NCBI GenBank assembly: GCA_965223905.1
Contig: CBDCXV010000011.1
Span: forward strand, 640,001-704,000
Direction of reading: 5' to 3'
Source: Candidatus Latescibacterota bacterium
GTDB lineage: Bacteria; Latescibacterota; UBA2968; UBA8231
DNA: 64,000 bases
The position numbers and the translations under genes are program-made. A model generated the notes under the pieces. The model saw only the letters and a list, made by a program, of their open reading frames with translations. It did no database searches and had not been told where the DNA came from. Positions 20,512 to 30,552 of the stretch are shown here, piece after piece; positions within the stretch are counted from its first letter, which is position 1; each line of letters starts with the position of its first letter.

Positions 20512-21405
20512 TCACGCCAGGTTCTGGACCTGCTCCCGCATCCGCTCGATCTCCTCCTTGACCGCCAGCACCTCGTGTACGATCTCCGTTGCAGTCGCCT
20601 TCGAGCCGATGGTGTTGGCCTCCCGGTGCATCTCCTGAAGCAGGAAATTGAGGCGCTTGCCGACGTCGCCGCCGGCCTTCAGGGTTTCCGCGAACTGCCC
20701 GGTGTGGCTGCGGAAGCGCACGAGCTCTTCGGCTACGTCGCTCCGTTCCGCCATCAGCACCACTTCCGTCACGAGGCGGTCCTCGTCGATCGCGCCCGGC
20801 TCGAGCAGGGAGGCCACCTTTTCGCGCAGGCGGGTCAGATGCTTCTCCCTGCAGCCGGCAGCCAGGACCTCCATCTCCCCCTGCCGTTTTTTCAGGGAAT
20901 CGACGCGGGTGCGCAGATCCGCGGCGAGGGCCTGCCCCTCCGTCATCCTCATCTCGTTGCATTCCCGAAGTGCCTCTTCGACGGCCGCCAGCACCAGGGG
21001 TGCAGCACTATCCGCATCGAGTTGGACCGGGTCGTTGCGAAACACGCCCGGCATCCCCGCCACCGATCCGAGGGAAATCGCCGGTTCGATACCCTCGGCC
21101 TCGGCGAGCCGTCTCAACCCGGCGATGTATCGCCTCGCCGCCTCCAGGTCGAGTACCGGTCCGGCGTCGTCGACCCCCGGGGATTCCTCGAGCTCGACGA
21201 GAACCGTCACCTTGCCCCGCGCCAGGACCTCCTGAACGCGCTCGCCGATGGCGCTCTCCATGTCGCGGAGTGGAGCGGGACAGCGAACCTGGACGTCGAG
21301 AAATCGCCCGTTGAGCGAGCGCACCGTCGCCCTAACCGCGGCACCGGGCCCTTCCGCCCTGCCGCTGCCGAAGCCTGTCATGCTGATGATTTTTCCGCAA
21401 CTCAT
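20512..21405 (-). CDS. yicC: YicC/YloC family endoribonuclease
   Basis: SMTGFG, RSLNGRFLD, RGKV, GKRLNFLLQEMHREANTIGSK, REQVQN. Confidence 0.93.
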   Translation of the reverse strand: MSCGKIISMTGFGSGRAEGPGAAVRATVRSLNGRFLDVQVRCPAPLRDMESAIGERVQEVLARGKVTVLVELEESPGVDDAGPVLDLEAARRYIAGLRRLAEAEGIEPAISLGSVAGMPGVFRNDPVQLDADSAAPLVLAAVEEALRECNEMRMTEGQALAADLRTRVDSLKKRQGEMEVLAAGCREKHLTRLREKVASLLEPGAIDEDRLVTEVVLMAERSDVAEELVRFRSHTGQFAETLKAGGDVGKRLNFLLQEMHREANTIGSKATATEIVHEVLAVKEEIERMREQVQNLA

Positions 21406-21459
21406 GCCATTGACCTCGGTAGAAAACCGGCGCCAGGCCCGCAAACTCCCGGGCCGGGG

Positions 21460-22734
21460 CTAAGGTCCCGAACCTGGGTCCACCTGTACCCGCAACGGTC
21501 TGGAAAACCCTCCGAGAAACGTCCCCCCGGAGCCCTCGATTCCCACTTTCCAGAGGCCCTCGGACCCGGTGATCCAGAGCTGCCGATGACTGGCGTCGAC
21601 ATCGAGATCCCGCCCCTCCCCGACCGGAAGGCTCTCCCAATGTACGCGAAGGGCGCCGTCGCGGCCGAAGGCGGCGACCCCGTTTTCCCCCAGGACCCAG
21701 CAGTCTCCGGTGGCCGCATCGACCTCCAATGCGACCCCGGTTGCGAAGGGAAGCTCGATCTCCACCGCGGGGAAGCCGACCTCCAGTCTCGCAAGGCGGT
21801 TCCCGTCGATCAGCACCCAGGCCTCGGAGGGAAATCGCCGGCCCTGGTCATCCTCTCCTTCCGAGGCGGGTGAGGTGGCGATCGCACCCGGTGAATCCAG
21901 CCCGGTCCAGGCCGCTATCCGAGTGCCGTCGCGGTGGTAGAGCAGCACCCGGGGTTCGACGCTGTCGACGATCCAGCAGGCGTCGAGGGCCGCGGCGAGC
22001 GCCGACGGTTCCTCGAAGTGGGCGTCCACGGCAGTCAGCCGCAGGGAATCGGAGGCCGCGGCGAGATCGGCCCACCAGACGCGGTCCCCCTCCGCTTCGA
22101 TCATCCAGCCGAGACCATCGGCCGCGGCGAACTCCCCCACCCCCTCGATGTCACCGGGGATTTCCTGCAACTCCCCTTCCGGGTCGATCCGGTAGAGTCC
22201 GCCGAATCTCAGGTCGCCGACCCAGCAGGCGCGGTCCTCGCCTGTCACGGCAATCGAAGCGAGGGAGGGAAACCGGCCCTGTGCGAAAACCGAGCTGCGG
22301 CCGTCCGGGGCCAGGCGCCAGACCAACCCACTGCCGGGGTCCCCCACCCAGGCGAACGCGGTCCCGGGAGTGGCGCGTTCGGTCACTCCGGAATCCCGCT
22401 CCCCTTCCCCGGCGATCACGAGGCCGAGCCGGTACTCGTAGACGGTGCCGTTGACGACATCGCGGTCTTCGTAGGAGGTCTGCCCGGAGGCGAGGGCCAC
22501 GGCTGTTTCCCCCGATCCGGCGGTCCGGCGATACATCCGCAGTCCGACCAGATCCTCGAAGTAGGTGAAATCCCAGGTCAGGGTGACCCGCTGGTCGCCT
22601 GCGGTGGCCTCGAGTGCAGTGACCCTGTCGATGGGGTTTTCCACCATCGGGTCGAAGGGGTTGCGGTGCTGGCGGTCGCTGCAGGCCAGAGCGAGCCAGG
22701 CCAGCGCAAGGCATGCCGCAGAGCGCAGGCGCAC
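21460..22734 (-). CDS. Lipoprotein with FN3-like domain and beta-propeller
   Basis: Lipobox LALAC then NPFDP; VTLTW..YEDRDVVNGTVYEYRL; repeated WV(G/D) blades; start uncertain (22734 or 22782). Confidence 0.6.
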   Translation of the reverse strand: MRLRSAACLALAWLALACSDRQHRNPFDPMVENPIDRVTALEATAGDQRVTLTWDFTYFEDLVGLRMYRRTAGSGETAVALASGQTSYEDRDVVNGTVYEYRLGLVIAGEGERDSGVTERATPGTAFAWVGDPGSGLVWRLAPDGRSSVFAQGRFPSLASIAVTGEDRACWVGDLRFGGLYRIDPEGELQEIPGDIEGVGEFAAADGLGWMIEAEGDRVWWADLAAASDSLRLTAVDAHFEEPSALAAALDACWIVDSVEPRVLLYHRDGTRIAAWTGLDSPGAIATSPASEGEDDQGRRFPSEAWVLIDGNRLARLEVGFPAVEIELPFATGVALEVDAATGDCWVLGENGVAAFGRDGALRVHWESLPVGEGRDLDVDASHRQLWITGSEGLWKVGIEGSGGTFLGGFSRPLRVQVDPGSGP

Positions 22735-22754
22735 GGGGGGAATGGCAGTCACGT

Positions 22755-23465
22755 TCAGAAAAACAGCAGGTAGACGGACCATACCAGCCCCGCTTCCATT
22801 ACGGCGAAGGCGGCCCCGGCGATGCGGTCGTAGCGCTCCGCCTCTTCGAAGTGGTTCTGCTGGCGCTGCCGACCCGCGGATTTGAGATAGGTTTCGTACG
22901 CGTCGTCCGCCCGGTCCTTGCTGAAGCGGGCGACCGCGGCCGCAGAAACCGTTACCGCGGCGCTGAGGTAGAGGGGCGCCGAAAACCGGGACCGATCCCC
23001 CGGCTCCCGGTCGCCGCCTGATCTGCCCTGATGCCGTGACAGCGGGCTCCGAAGAGCCTGCCCCGGCCCCGGGAACGGCAGCTGCCGGTGCCCATCCCGT
23101 TCTGCATCCGCAATGAACAGGGACGCCAGCGGCGCCTGCGCCGAAACCCTTGACCGATTCCCCTGCTGCCAATCGCCCACGGCTCTGTCCTGCTGCCGGG
23201 ACAGCGGGTTCCCAAGGGCCTGCCCCGGCCCCGAGAACCGCGGCTGCCCATCCTGTTCTGCATGCGCCGGTATCCCGGCTGCGACCAGAGGCGGAGCCCC
23301 TTCATAAAGAAACGGGCCGAGCCGTGAAAACGTCTTGCTCGAGAAGGCCGCCGCAGGCTCGGCCCTGGATTCCCCGGCGAGCGCGGTTCTGTCGAAGGCG
23401 TACCCCGGCAGCGCCGCCAGCTGAATAGCTGCCAGCGCCGAACCGAGCCGGTGCAGGGCGTCCAT
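22755..23465 (-). CDS. Hypothetical membrane-anchored protein with internal duplication
   Basis: Signal-like N-terminus, C-terminal ADDAYETY...YDRIA plus hydrophobic helix; sits inside the minus-strand operon. Confidence 0.5.
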   Translation of the reverse strand: MDALHRLGSALAAIQLAALPGYAFDRTALAGESRAEPAAAFSSKTFSRLGPFLYEGAPPLVAAGIPAHAEQDGQPRFSGPGQALGNPLSRQQDRAVGDWQQGNRSRVSAQAPLASLFIADAERDGHRQLPFPGPGQALRSPLSRHQGRSGGDREPGDRSRFSAPLYLSAAVTVSAAAVARFSKDRADDAYETYLKSAGRQRQQNHFEEAERYDRIAGAAFAVMEAGLVWSVYLLFF

Positions 23466-23524
23466 CCGCCGAGGCCGCGGGCCTGCCCCTGCTTCGAAAC
23501 CTCGCTTGTCCCGGAGGCGCACCC

Positions 23525-24649
23525 CTATCTCCTCCCGAAGAGGTAGATTGTTCCCGAGTCGGTCGCCAGGGCGACGGCGTCGCGCACTGCGACCACCGGC
23601 CCGGAGACCGGTCCGTCGAGCCTGAACTTCCACTCGAGATTTCCGGTATCGATGCGCAGGGCGTAGAGGAACTGGTCATTGCCTGCCGCGAACAGGATCC
23701 GCCCGGAAGCGGCCGGGGTGGAGCGGATCGCCGCGCCGGTCTCGAAGCGCCAGGCGATCTCCCCGGTTGCCGCGTCGATCCCGTACAGCTTGCGGTCCGA
23801 GCAGCCGGCAACGACCATCCCTTCCCCTGCCGCCAGCCCGGGCGCGGGAAGGGATGAGAGCGCCGCTTTCCAGAGGAGGTCGCCGGAAGCGCCGGCCAGG
23901 GCGAAGACGTCCCCGGTTGCGGATGCGGCGAACACGCGCCCTTCGGCCACCGCGGGACGCCCGCAGAATCCCGAGCCCAGGGCGCGGGTCCAGCGCTCGC
24001 TGCCGTCGGCGAGCCGCAGGGCGGTGACCGCGCCCTCGCTGTCGCAGATGTAGGCGACGCTGTCGGCAAGCGAAGGGGGAGTGACCCATCTCGCCGCGGG
24101 CTCTCGCGACCACAGCTCGCCGCCGTCGGCCAGGGAGAGCGAAAGCAGCGGCCCGTTCTCCCGCACGATCAGCAGGGTGTCTCCCCGCACTACCGGTGCG
24201 GAGCAGAACCTGCCCGGGCGGCTCCAGACGGTTTCGCCGCTGCGCCTGTCGACGGCGCGCAATGCCGGCTTGCGGCCGAGCTCCCCGAGCAGCAGCAGCT
24301 CAGAAGAGGTCCCGGCGACCGCGGCCGGACCGCAGATAGAGTTGTCGAAGCCCTTCCGGGACAGGGGGAGCCCGCTGCGGCGGTCTAGGACCGCCAGGGT
24401 AGCGGTCTTCGTCAACTGCAGCATCAGCTCCCCGGAGAGCAGGGCCCCTCCGAGGGGAGCGCTGTCTATCTGCTGGCGCCAGCGCAGCCGCAAGGGCGGC
24501 TCCGGACCGTCGCTGCGAAAGGAGGAGCCGCTCGGGGAGCCGCTCTCCTGCAGCCACTGGCTCGCATCTCCGATGGTCGAGGGCAGGAAAAGCAGTTTCG
24601 GCTGGCAGCCCCACAGCGCCAGGAGTGCCGGCAGTCCGGCGGCGCTCAA
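23525..24649 (-). CDS. PQQ-like beta-propeller lipoprotein (BamB-like)
   Basis: Lipobox LWGC; repeated ALxxxxGxxxW blades; start uncertain. Confidence 0.8.
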   Translation of the reverse strand: MSAAGLPALLALWGCQPKLLFLPSTIGDASQWLQESGSPSGSSFRSDGPEPPLRLRWRQQIDSAPLGGALLSGELMLQLTKTATLAVLDRRSGLPLSRKGFDNSICGPAAVAGTSSELLLLGELGRKPALRAVDRRSGETVWSRPGRFCSAPVVRGDTLLIVRENGPLLSLSLADGGELWSREPAARWVTPPSLADSVAYICDSEGAVTALRLADGSERWTRALGSGFCGRPAVAEGRVFAASATGDVFALAGASGDLLWKAALSSLPAPGLAAGEGMVVAGCSDRKLYGIDAATGEIAWRFETGAAIRSTPAASGRILFAAGNDQFLYALRIDTGNLEWKFRLDGPVSGPVVAVRDAVALATDSGTIYLFGRR

Positions 24650-24771
24650 CTTTACAACCCGTAGAAAAAGCCCATCCGGGCAGCGGCCGGCCCCCACGGC
24701 CTCCACGGCCCCGCCTCGCCCGCCGCGCCACCTCACCAACGGGCTGAAAAAAAACGCCGGCGTTCCGACGC

Positions 24772-27615
24772 TCAGAAATCCCATCCGAAAAAAAAGTCCC
24801 AATGGGTGTTGTCCCCGATCGATTTGAAATCGGTGCGGCGCGAGGCGTCCAGCCGGAAAACGAAGACGCCGCCCAGTGCGACGCGGACGCCCGTCCCGAA
24901 GCTGCCGCGCCAGTCGCCGAAGCGGTCGTTCCAGGCGTTGCCGGCATCGACGAACAAGGCGCCGCGAAAGGCGCTCAGGTCGATGTTTCCGAACGGGAAC
25001 GCCAGCACGATGCGGTCGAGCAGTGGAAAGCGAAGCTCGTGGTTTGCGAGAAGGAGGTTGTTCCCCCAGAGCGAGCGCCACGGGTATCCCCTGAGGGTCC
25101 AGCTGCCGCCCAGGGAGAAGAACTCCGGCACTTCCCCGCGGCTGTGCCTGGCCATGTAGCGCACTGCGAAGCTGCTGCGCCGGGACAGGCGCAGGTAGCG
25201 GCGATAGTCCCCGAAGAGGGTCACGTTGAAGCGGCGGGAGCTCTTGAAGTCGACGCTCTGGCCTGCCCCGAAACTGTAGCGGGTACCCTCCAGCGGCCCG
25301 GTGGGAATCCAGAAGCTGCCGTCGTGGGTGTAGCTGACGTGGTTCGACATCAGCCAGCCCTTGAGCCTGCGGCCCTGGAAGCTCCGGTCGATATCGGCGT
25401 GGCGGACCGAAAGCCGGGTCACGATGCGGTTGTTGCGGCTGAAGGGATAGCTGAACTCGGTGTAGGCGCCGGTACGCTTCTCGCGCACGAAGCGGCCGAA
25501 GCGGCTGGAGAAGCGATCGTTGAGGCGGTATACCCCCCAGGCGATGTTGAGCTGACGGGCGAGGTGGAGGCGGCCCAAGGCGAGATTGAGGCCGTTGAAA
25601 AAACCGACGTCGCTGCCGGATATGTGAGACAGGACGAAGTAGAACTGGTCGTTCCCGAGGATGTCGCTCAAGGCGATCTGGATACCGCCAGAGGTCCCGA
25701 AAACCGGGTCCTGCGATATCTGGCTCTGCGCGATGTCGAGGCTGAGGTGCTTGCGGTAGCGGCTCTTGACGATGGCCCCGGAAGCGCCCGATCCCTCGAG
25801 GGTCCAGCCCGAGTCCGCGGCCGCGGCGAGGGAGTCGAGGTCCGTGGGCTCTCCGGGCACGGATTCCTCGTCGCTGCCGGGTGGTTCGAGGTCGAGCCGG
25901 TAGATCTGAAAGCCGCCGCCCTCGAAACCGGTATAGAGAAGCCCGCTTTCGTCAGGCAGCCAGGCCGGGTCGAAAACGCCGGTGAGAACCCTCGTCAGTC
26001 TGCGCAGGCTCGCCGCCCCGGGGTCCTGCAGGTCGAGCTGAAACAGGTCGTACCTCCCGTCCCGATCCGAACTGAAGGCAATGCGGCTGCCGTCGGGGGA
26101 CCACGCCGGGTGCAGGTCGTTGTTCTTCCCCCGGGTCAGCGGGCGCACCTTCCGGGCAGCGAGATCGTACTCGAAGAGGTTGTAGTACCCCTCGCGGCCC
26201 GCAGCCTCCCAGCGGTCCGAGCTGAAAACCAGGCGGTCATCGGCGGGATGCCAGTCCGGGTCCCGGTCGTGAAACAGGTCGGCGGTCAGGCGCGTAAGCT
26301 CACCGCTGGCGACGTTCACCACGTGCAGGTCGGAAATCCCCCCCTTGCCGGCTCCGGAAAAGGCTATGCGGCCCCCCTCCGGCGACCAGGTCGGGCTCGA
26401 TATGGCGACGACGTTTTCGAACCGCATTGTCGCCGCCAGGCGTCCGGCGCCCAAGTTCCAGACGTGCAGGCGGTCGCGTCCCATGCGCTTGGCGGAGAAG
26501 GCGAGGAAGCGGCCGTCGGGAGAAACGGCGAGACTGCTGTTCAGCTCGTGAAGGGATTCGTACTGCGGCAGCCGCGTGCCGGCGACGACGACCTCCGGCT
26601 CGGCACCGACCCCCTGCAGAGGCGCCCGGGCGATCTGGGAATGCCCGCGGTGATTGTGAAAAAACAGCACCTCCGGCTCTCCGCCGTCTGACTTGCCGCC
26701 AGGGGCGATCTCCGGCTTTAGATTGAAACCGGCATGGGTGACCGCCTGGGAAATCTCCCCGGGGGGATCGCTGCTTTCAATATCGGGCAGGTAGGTCTTG
26801 CGGAGGTAATAGGCCCACTTCTCGTCGAACTCGGCGAGCGGATCGCCGGTGGTGATCTCGAACACCTCGGCGAACTCCTCGGACCGCCACCAGTTGCCGA
26901 GAAGGCGGACGAAGACATCCTCGCCGTAGCGGGCGGCCATGAATTCGCAGATCGACTGCCCCTCCTTGTACATCTGGAAGGTGCCATGGATGCGGTGCAT
27001 CTGCGCGATCGGCACCAGGCGCTGGGAGAACAGGGCGTCGCGGATGATCATGTCGCCGTAGCTGTCCCACGACCCGGACCAGTACTCGGCCAGCCCCTCG
27101 GAGAACCACAGCGGTCCGCGCCGGAAGCGGGCGGCACCCCTGGCCTTGAGCACGGTACGGATGCGGTCGAACATGAACACGTGCACGAGCTCGTGAACGA
27201 GGACGCGCTCGAACTCGGGAAGCGACCCGCTTAGCGGCAGGGCCACGCGCCCCTTCAGGGACTCGGTGAACCCGGCCACCCCTTCGGGAAGGAAGCCCGG
27301 TATGATGTTGGTCTGCTCGAAATAGACGTGCGACGAGTAGACGATCAGGGGTATGCGGCGCTGCACGGTATGGCCGGAAACCTGCTCGACGGTGCGGTAT
27401 CCCTCTTCGGCCATGCGGGCGGCATAGGAGGCGAGCTCCTGCTCTTCGGGATAGAAGTACAGGTCGAAGTGGGGGGTCTCCATCTTCTGCCAGTCGAACT
27501 CGTCGAACTGGACCTTGTTCTTGCCGAACTGGTACAGCTGCGCGCTCCCCCGCTCCGGGCCTGAAAGGCCTGCGGAGAGGAGAATGAGCCAGCAGAAAAT
27601 GCGCCCGGTCCGCAT
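24772..27615 (-). CDS. Omp85/BamA-TamA family outer-membrane protein with N-terminal HExxH peptidase-like domain and PD40 propeller
   Basis: Signal peptide, FGKNKVQ, HELVH..WFSEGLAEY, PTWSPEG/PAWSPDG repeats, LRGY, FVDAG, terminal GWDF. Confidence 0.85.
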   Translation of the reverse strand: MRTGRIFCWLILLSAGLSGPERGSAQLYQFGKNKVQFDEFDWQKMETPHFDLYFYPEEQELASYAARMAEEGYRTVEQVSGHTVQRRIPLIVYSSHVYFEQTNIIPGFLPEGVAGFTESLKGRVALPLSGSLPEFERVLVHELVHVFMFDRIRTVLKARGAARFRRGPLWFSEGLAEYWSGSWDSYGDMIIRDALFSQRLVPIAQMHRIHGTFQMYKEGQSICEFMAARYGEDVFVRLLGNWWRSEEFAEVFEITTGDPLAEFDEKWAYYLRKTYLPDIESSDPPGEISQAVTHAGFNLKPEIAPGGKSDGGEPEVLFFHNHRGHSQIARAPLQGVGAEPEVVVAGTRLPQYESLHELNSSLAVSPDGRFLAFSAKRMGRDRLHVWNLGAGRLAATMRFENVVAISSPTWSPEGGRIAFSGAGKGGISDLHVVNVASGELTRLTADLFHDRDPDWHPADDRLVFSSDRWEAAGREGYYNLFEYDLAARKVRPLTRGKNNDLHPAWSPDGSRIAFSSDRDGRYDLFQLDLQDPGAASLRRLTRVLTGVFDPAWLPDESGLLYTGFEGGGFQIYRLDLEPPGSDEESVPGEPTDLDSLAAAADSGWTLEGSGASGAIVKSRYRKHLSLDIAQSQISQDPVFGTSGGIQIALSDILGNDQFYFVLSHISGSDVGFFNGLNLALGRLHLARQLNIAWGVYRLNDRFSSRFGRFVREKRTGAYTEFSYPFSRNNRIVTRLSVRHADIDRSFQGRRLKGWLMSNHVSYTHDGSFWIPTGPLEGTRYSFGAGQSVDFKSSRRFNVTLFGDYRRYLRLSRRSSFAVRYMARHSRGEVPEFFSLGGSWTLRGYPWRSLWGNNLLLANHELRFPLLDRIVLAFPFGNIDLSAFRGALFVDAGNAWNDRFGDWRGSFGTGVRVALGGVFVFRLDASRRTDFKSIGDNTHWDFFFGWDF

Positions 27616-27617
27616 CG

Positions 27618-28706
27618 CTACCCCGGTCCAAGCAGACCGCCGAAGCCGGCGGCGGCGGTCAGGGGGCGGCGGATGTCGACCTTCCTGCCTTCGCGGAGGC
27701 CGTCGCGGAACGCCTCGCTCGCCGACACGCCGGAGGTGGTTCGGGTCTGCACGTACGGGTTCAGGTGGCGGTAGTATGCCTGCAGGCGGCTGTCCCCCTT
27801 CCACACGAGGTCATTGGAACCTCCGGGGCGCCAGGCGTTGGCCGCGGCCTCGGCTTCGCGGGGGAGCTTGTCGTGGAATCCCTGCGCGACTCCGGCATAG
27901 AAGCGCATGCGCTCGCGATTTCCGGTAAGACCGTTGTCGCGGCGGTACTGATTCCACAGCCGCGGCAGCAGCGTCCCGAGGTAGTCGTGGACGTAGGAGG
28001 CCATGGAGAGGTTGGTCGGGGTGCCGAACAGCTGCAGCACGGTTCCCATCCTGTCGCGCTGGGGGTGGTAGGTTCGCGCCCACAGCACCTCGACGAAGAA
28101 GAACTCGTTGAGGATCGCCGCCACCCACAGTTCCCACGTCGACCGCCGCCCCTTGACCTCGCCGATGGCCATGCAGTCGAAGTTGCGCTCGCGGTCAAGG
28201 GCCACGAGATCGACGTTGTACTCGAGCAGCATCCTGCGAGCCTTGTTCACCGCGGCCTGGGCCTCATGCTCGTTGGGACTGGTTGCCAGCGAGAGGATTT
28301 TCTTGAGGACGCGGACGATGCGCTCATCCTTTTCCCCCGCAGGCCGTTCACCGGTTGGAACCGAGCTGGCGCGAGGGGAGCAGCGCAGGATTTCGCAGGC
28401 GCGCCGGAAGGCCGGACCGTGCGGCGGTTCGTCGGCGTCGAGGACCTCCTGCGCGTACTGGTGGGCCATCTCGTGGCGCAGGGTATCCATGACCTCGAGC
28501 CAGGGATCGCGGCGCACGTGCTCGACGGAGATGGTGATGCGGCGCATGGCAGGGTCCCAACTGCCCAGCTGCCGGCAACCGGAAGCGAGCGTGATGAGCG
28601 GCCTTCGCAGGCGGCCCCCGGCGTACTCCTCGTTGTACTGGGAGAACCACAGGTAGAGCTTGCGGTTCCAGGCCGCCAGCAGTCCGGCGGCGATCTCCGG
28701 CTTCAT
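27618..28706 (-). CDS. SprT-like zinc-dependent protein fused to a DUF2786-like domain
   Basis: HEMAHQ, PHGPAF..AC, KILSLATSPNEHEAQAA. Confidence 0.8.
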   Translation of the reverse strand: MKPEIAAGLLAAWNRKLYLWFSQYNEEYAGGRLRRPLITLASGCRQLGSWDPAMRRITISVEHVRRDPWLEVMDTLRHEMAHQYAQEVLDADEPPHGPAFRRACEILRCSPRASSVPTGERPAGEKDERIVRVLKKILSLATSPNEHEAQAAVNKARRMLLEYNVDLVALDRERNFDCMAIGEVKGRRSTWELWVAAILNEFFFVEVLWARTYHPQRDRMGTVLQLFGTPTNLSMASYVHDYLGTLLPRLWNQYRRDNGLTGNRERMRFYAGVAQGFHDKLPREAEAAANAWRPGGSNDLVWKGDSRLQAYYRHLNPYVQTRTTSGVSASEAFRDGLREGRKVDIRRPLTAAAGFGGLLGPG

Positions 28707-28726
28707 CCCTGCACCGCGATACTCCC

Positions 28727-29596
28727 TCAGCGCAGGGAGCGGATGAACGCCGGGGTGAAGCTGCCTGTCGCCACCTCGTCGACCGGCCCCTTCATCGTCA
28801 GGTCGAAATCGTCGGAGACCTCGATCTCGAGGGCGCCCCCCGGAGCCTGCACGGTGACCGGGCTGCCCACCAGTCCGAGGCGGACCGCGGCGCTGGCCGC
28901 GGCGCAGGATGAGGAGCCGGACGCCTGGGTCTCCCCTGCCCCCCTTTCCCAGATGAGGATGTAGATCGATTGCGGTCCGAGCGGAACGGCGAGCTGGACG
29001 TTGATGCGGCGCGGAAACAGCTCGTGGTTCTCGAGCCGGGGGCCGAGGTCGAGAAGCTCGCGGCGCGACCACTCCTGCCCCTTCTCTCTGAACAGGACGC
29101 AGTGCGGGTTGCCGACGCTGACCCCGGTGAACCGGAGCTCCCTGCCGTCTACCGGGATCGGCTGGTCGATCAGCTCCTCTGCGGCCAGGGTGCAGGGCAG
29201 GTCCGCCGGGCGGAAAGAGGCGCCCCCCATCGCGACCGTAGCGGCGCCGGCGTCTCCGTGGCGGTCGATGTGCAGCTCGATCTCGACGAGGCCGCCCACG
29301 GTATCTACGGTGAAGCGCCTGCGGCGGGTCCTTCCGGTCGAATGCAGGTAGCGCCCGAGAATGCGCAGGCCGTTCCCGGACTTTTCAGCTTCGCTGCCGT
29401 CGGGGTTGTATATTCTGACGCCGAAGTCCGCTGTTGCGGTGGGGGCGACGGCGAGGATACCGTCGCTTCCCAGACCCCGGTTGCGGTCGCACAGCGCCCT
29501 TATGGCACCTGGTGTGAGCTCGAAATCGAGATCGCCGGGATCGAGGGCGATGTAGTCGTTTCCGAGCCCGTGACCCTTGAAGAATCCGTTTCTCAC
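28727..29596 (-). CDS. dapF: Diaminopimelate epimerase
   Basis: FFKGHGLGNDY, YNPDGSEAE, VSVGNPH, WERGAGET; canonical catalytic Cys positions read EKSGNG and QASGSS. Confidence 0.85.
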   Translation of the reverse strand: MRNGFFKGHGLGNDYIALDPGDLDFELTPGAIRALCDRNRGLGSDGILAVAPTATADFGVRIYNPDGSEAEKSGNGLRILGRYLHSTGRTRRRRFTVDTVGGLVEIELHIDRHGDAGAATVAMGGASFRPADLPCTLAAEELIDQPIPVDGRELRFTGVSVGNPHCVLFREKGQEWSRRELLDLGPRLENHELFPRRINVQLAVPLGPQSIYILIWERGAGETQASGSSSCAAASAAVRLGLVGSPVTVQAPGGALEIEVSDDFDLTMKGPVDEVATGSFTPAFIRSLR

Positions 29597-29632
29597 GCCG
29601 CCGCCCCTTGTGACCATTGGCTGTTGTTTTCC

Positions 29633-30550
29633 ATGAAGTTGGACGACGAGGACAGAACGGTCAACGACGCTTCCGCTGGGGGTGAAGCCAGCCTCCGGCC
29701 CGCCATCGACGTCCGCCTGCTGTGCGCCTTTACCGCCGAGGCGCAGCCGCTGGTCAGGGGCTTGCGGCTCAAGCCTGCGCCTGCCGGGAGACAGGGGGGG
29801 CCGCGGCTCTGGGAAGGGCATTGGCAGGGTGTCGACCTGTCGCTGATCTCGTGGGGCCAAGGAGCCGCGGGCGCTGAGGCCGCGGTGCGAACGTTCCGCG
29901 GCGAAGGAGAAGGCCGCCTGCCCTGCGCCTGGCTCAACGTCGGCATCGCCGGCCATCAACGGCACCCGGTGGGAACCCCGCTGCTGGCGCACAAGATCAG
30001 CCGGCGCGACCTGGAGACCGCCAGCTTCTACCCGATGTTCTCCTTCACTCCCCCTTGTCCCACGGTCGAGGTCGCCACGGTCGCCCGGGAGGAGCGGGAG
30101 TACCCCGCCGACGCCGCGTACGACATGGAAGCCCACCCCTTCTTTGCCGCTGCCAGCGACCAGACGACGCCGGAGCTGATTCACTGCTTCAAGGTCGTAT
30201 CCGACAACCCTTCCACCCCGGCGGCGACGGTGACCGCGGCCAGGGCGAGGGCCCTTATCGGCGCCCACCTGCAGCTCGTCGCCGATATCATCGCGGAGCT
30301 CGCGGCGCTCCTGCGCCTCCCCGGGCCGCTGACCCCGGCCGACCCGGAATACCGGTGCCTGCTGGAACGCTGGCACTTCACCGAGACGCAGGGGCACCAG
30401 CTGCGGCTGCTGCTGCAACGCCTGCGGGCCGCGGCTCCCGGCATCGAAGTCGTGGCCGGCTTCCAGGGGCAGGGCCCGCGCACGGGGGCGGAGGTGATCC
30501 GCCTCCTGAAGAATCGCCTGGCACTGTCGCTTCCAGGCCGGATGGGGTGA
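29633..30550 (+). CDS. Nucleoside phosphorylase-like protein
   Basis: CAFTAEAQPL, WLNVGIAG, YDMEA, KVVSDN resemble PNP/MTA-nucleosidase motifs. Confidence 0.6.
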   Translation: MKLDDEDRTVNDASAGGEASLRPAIDVRLLCAFTAEAQPLVRGLRLKPAPAGRQGGPRLWEGHWQGVDLSLISWGQGAAGAEAAVRTFRGEGEGRLPCAWLNVGIAGHQRHPVGTPLLAHKISRRDLETASFYPMFSFTPPCPTVEVATVAREEREYPADAAYDMEAHPFFAAASDQTTPELIHCFKVVSDNPSTPAATVTAARARALIGAHLQLVADIIAELAALLRLPGPLTPADPEYRCLLERWHFTETQGHQLRLLLQRLRAAAPGIEVVAGFQGQGPRTGAEVIRLLKNRLALSLPGRMG

Positions 30551-30552
30551 CG

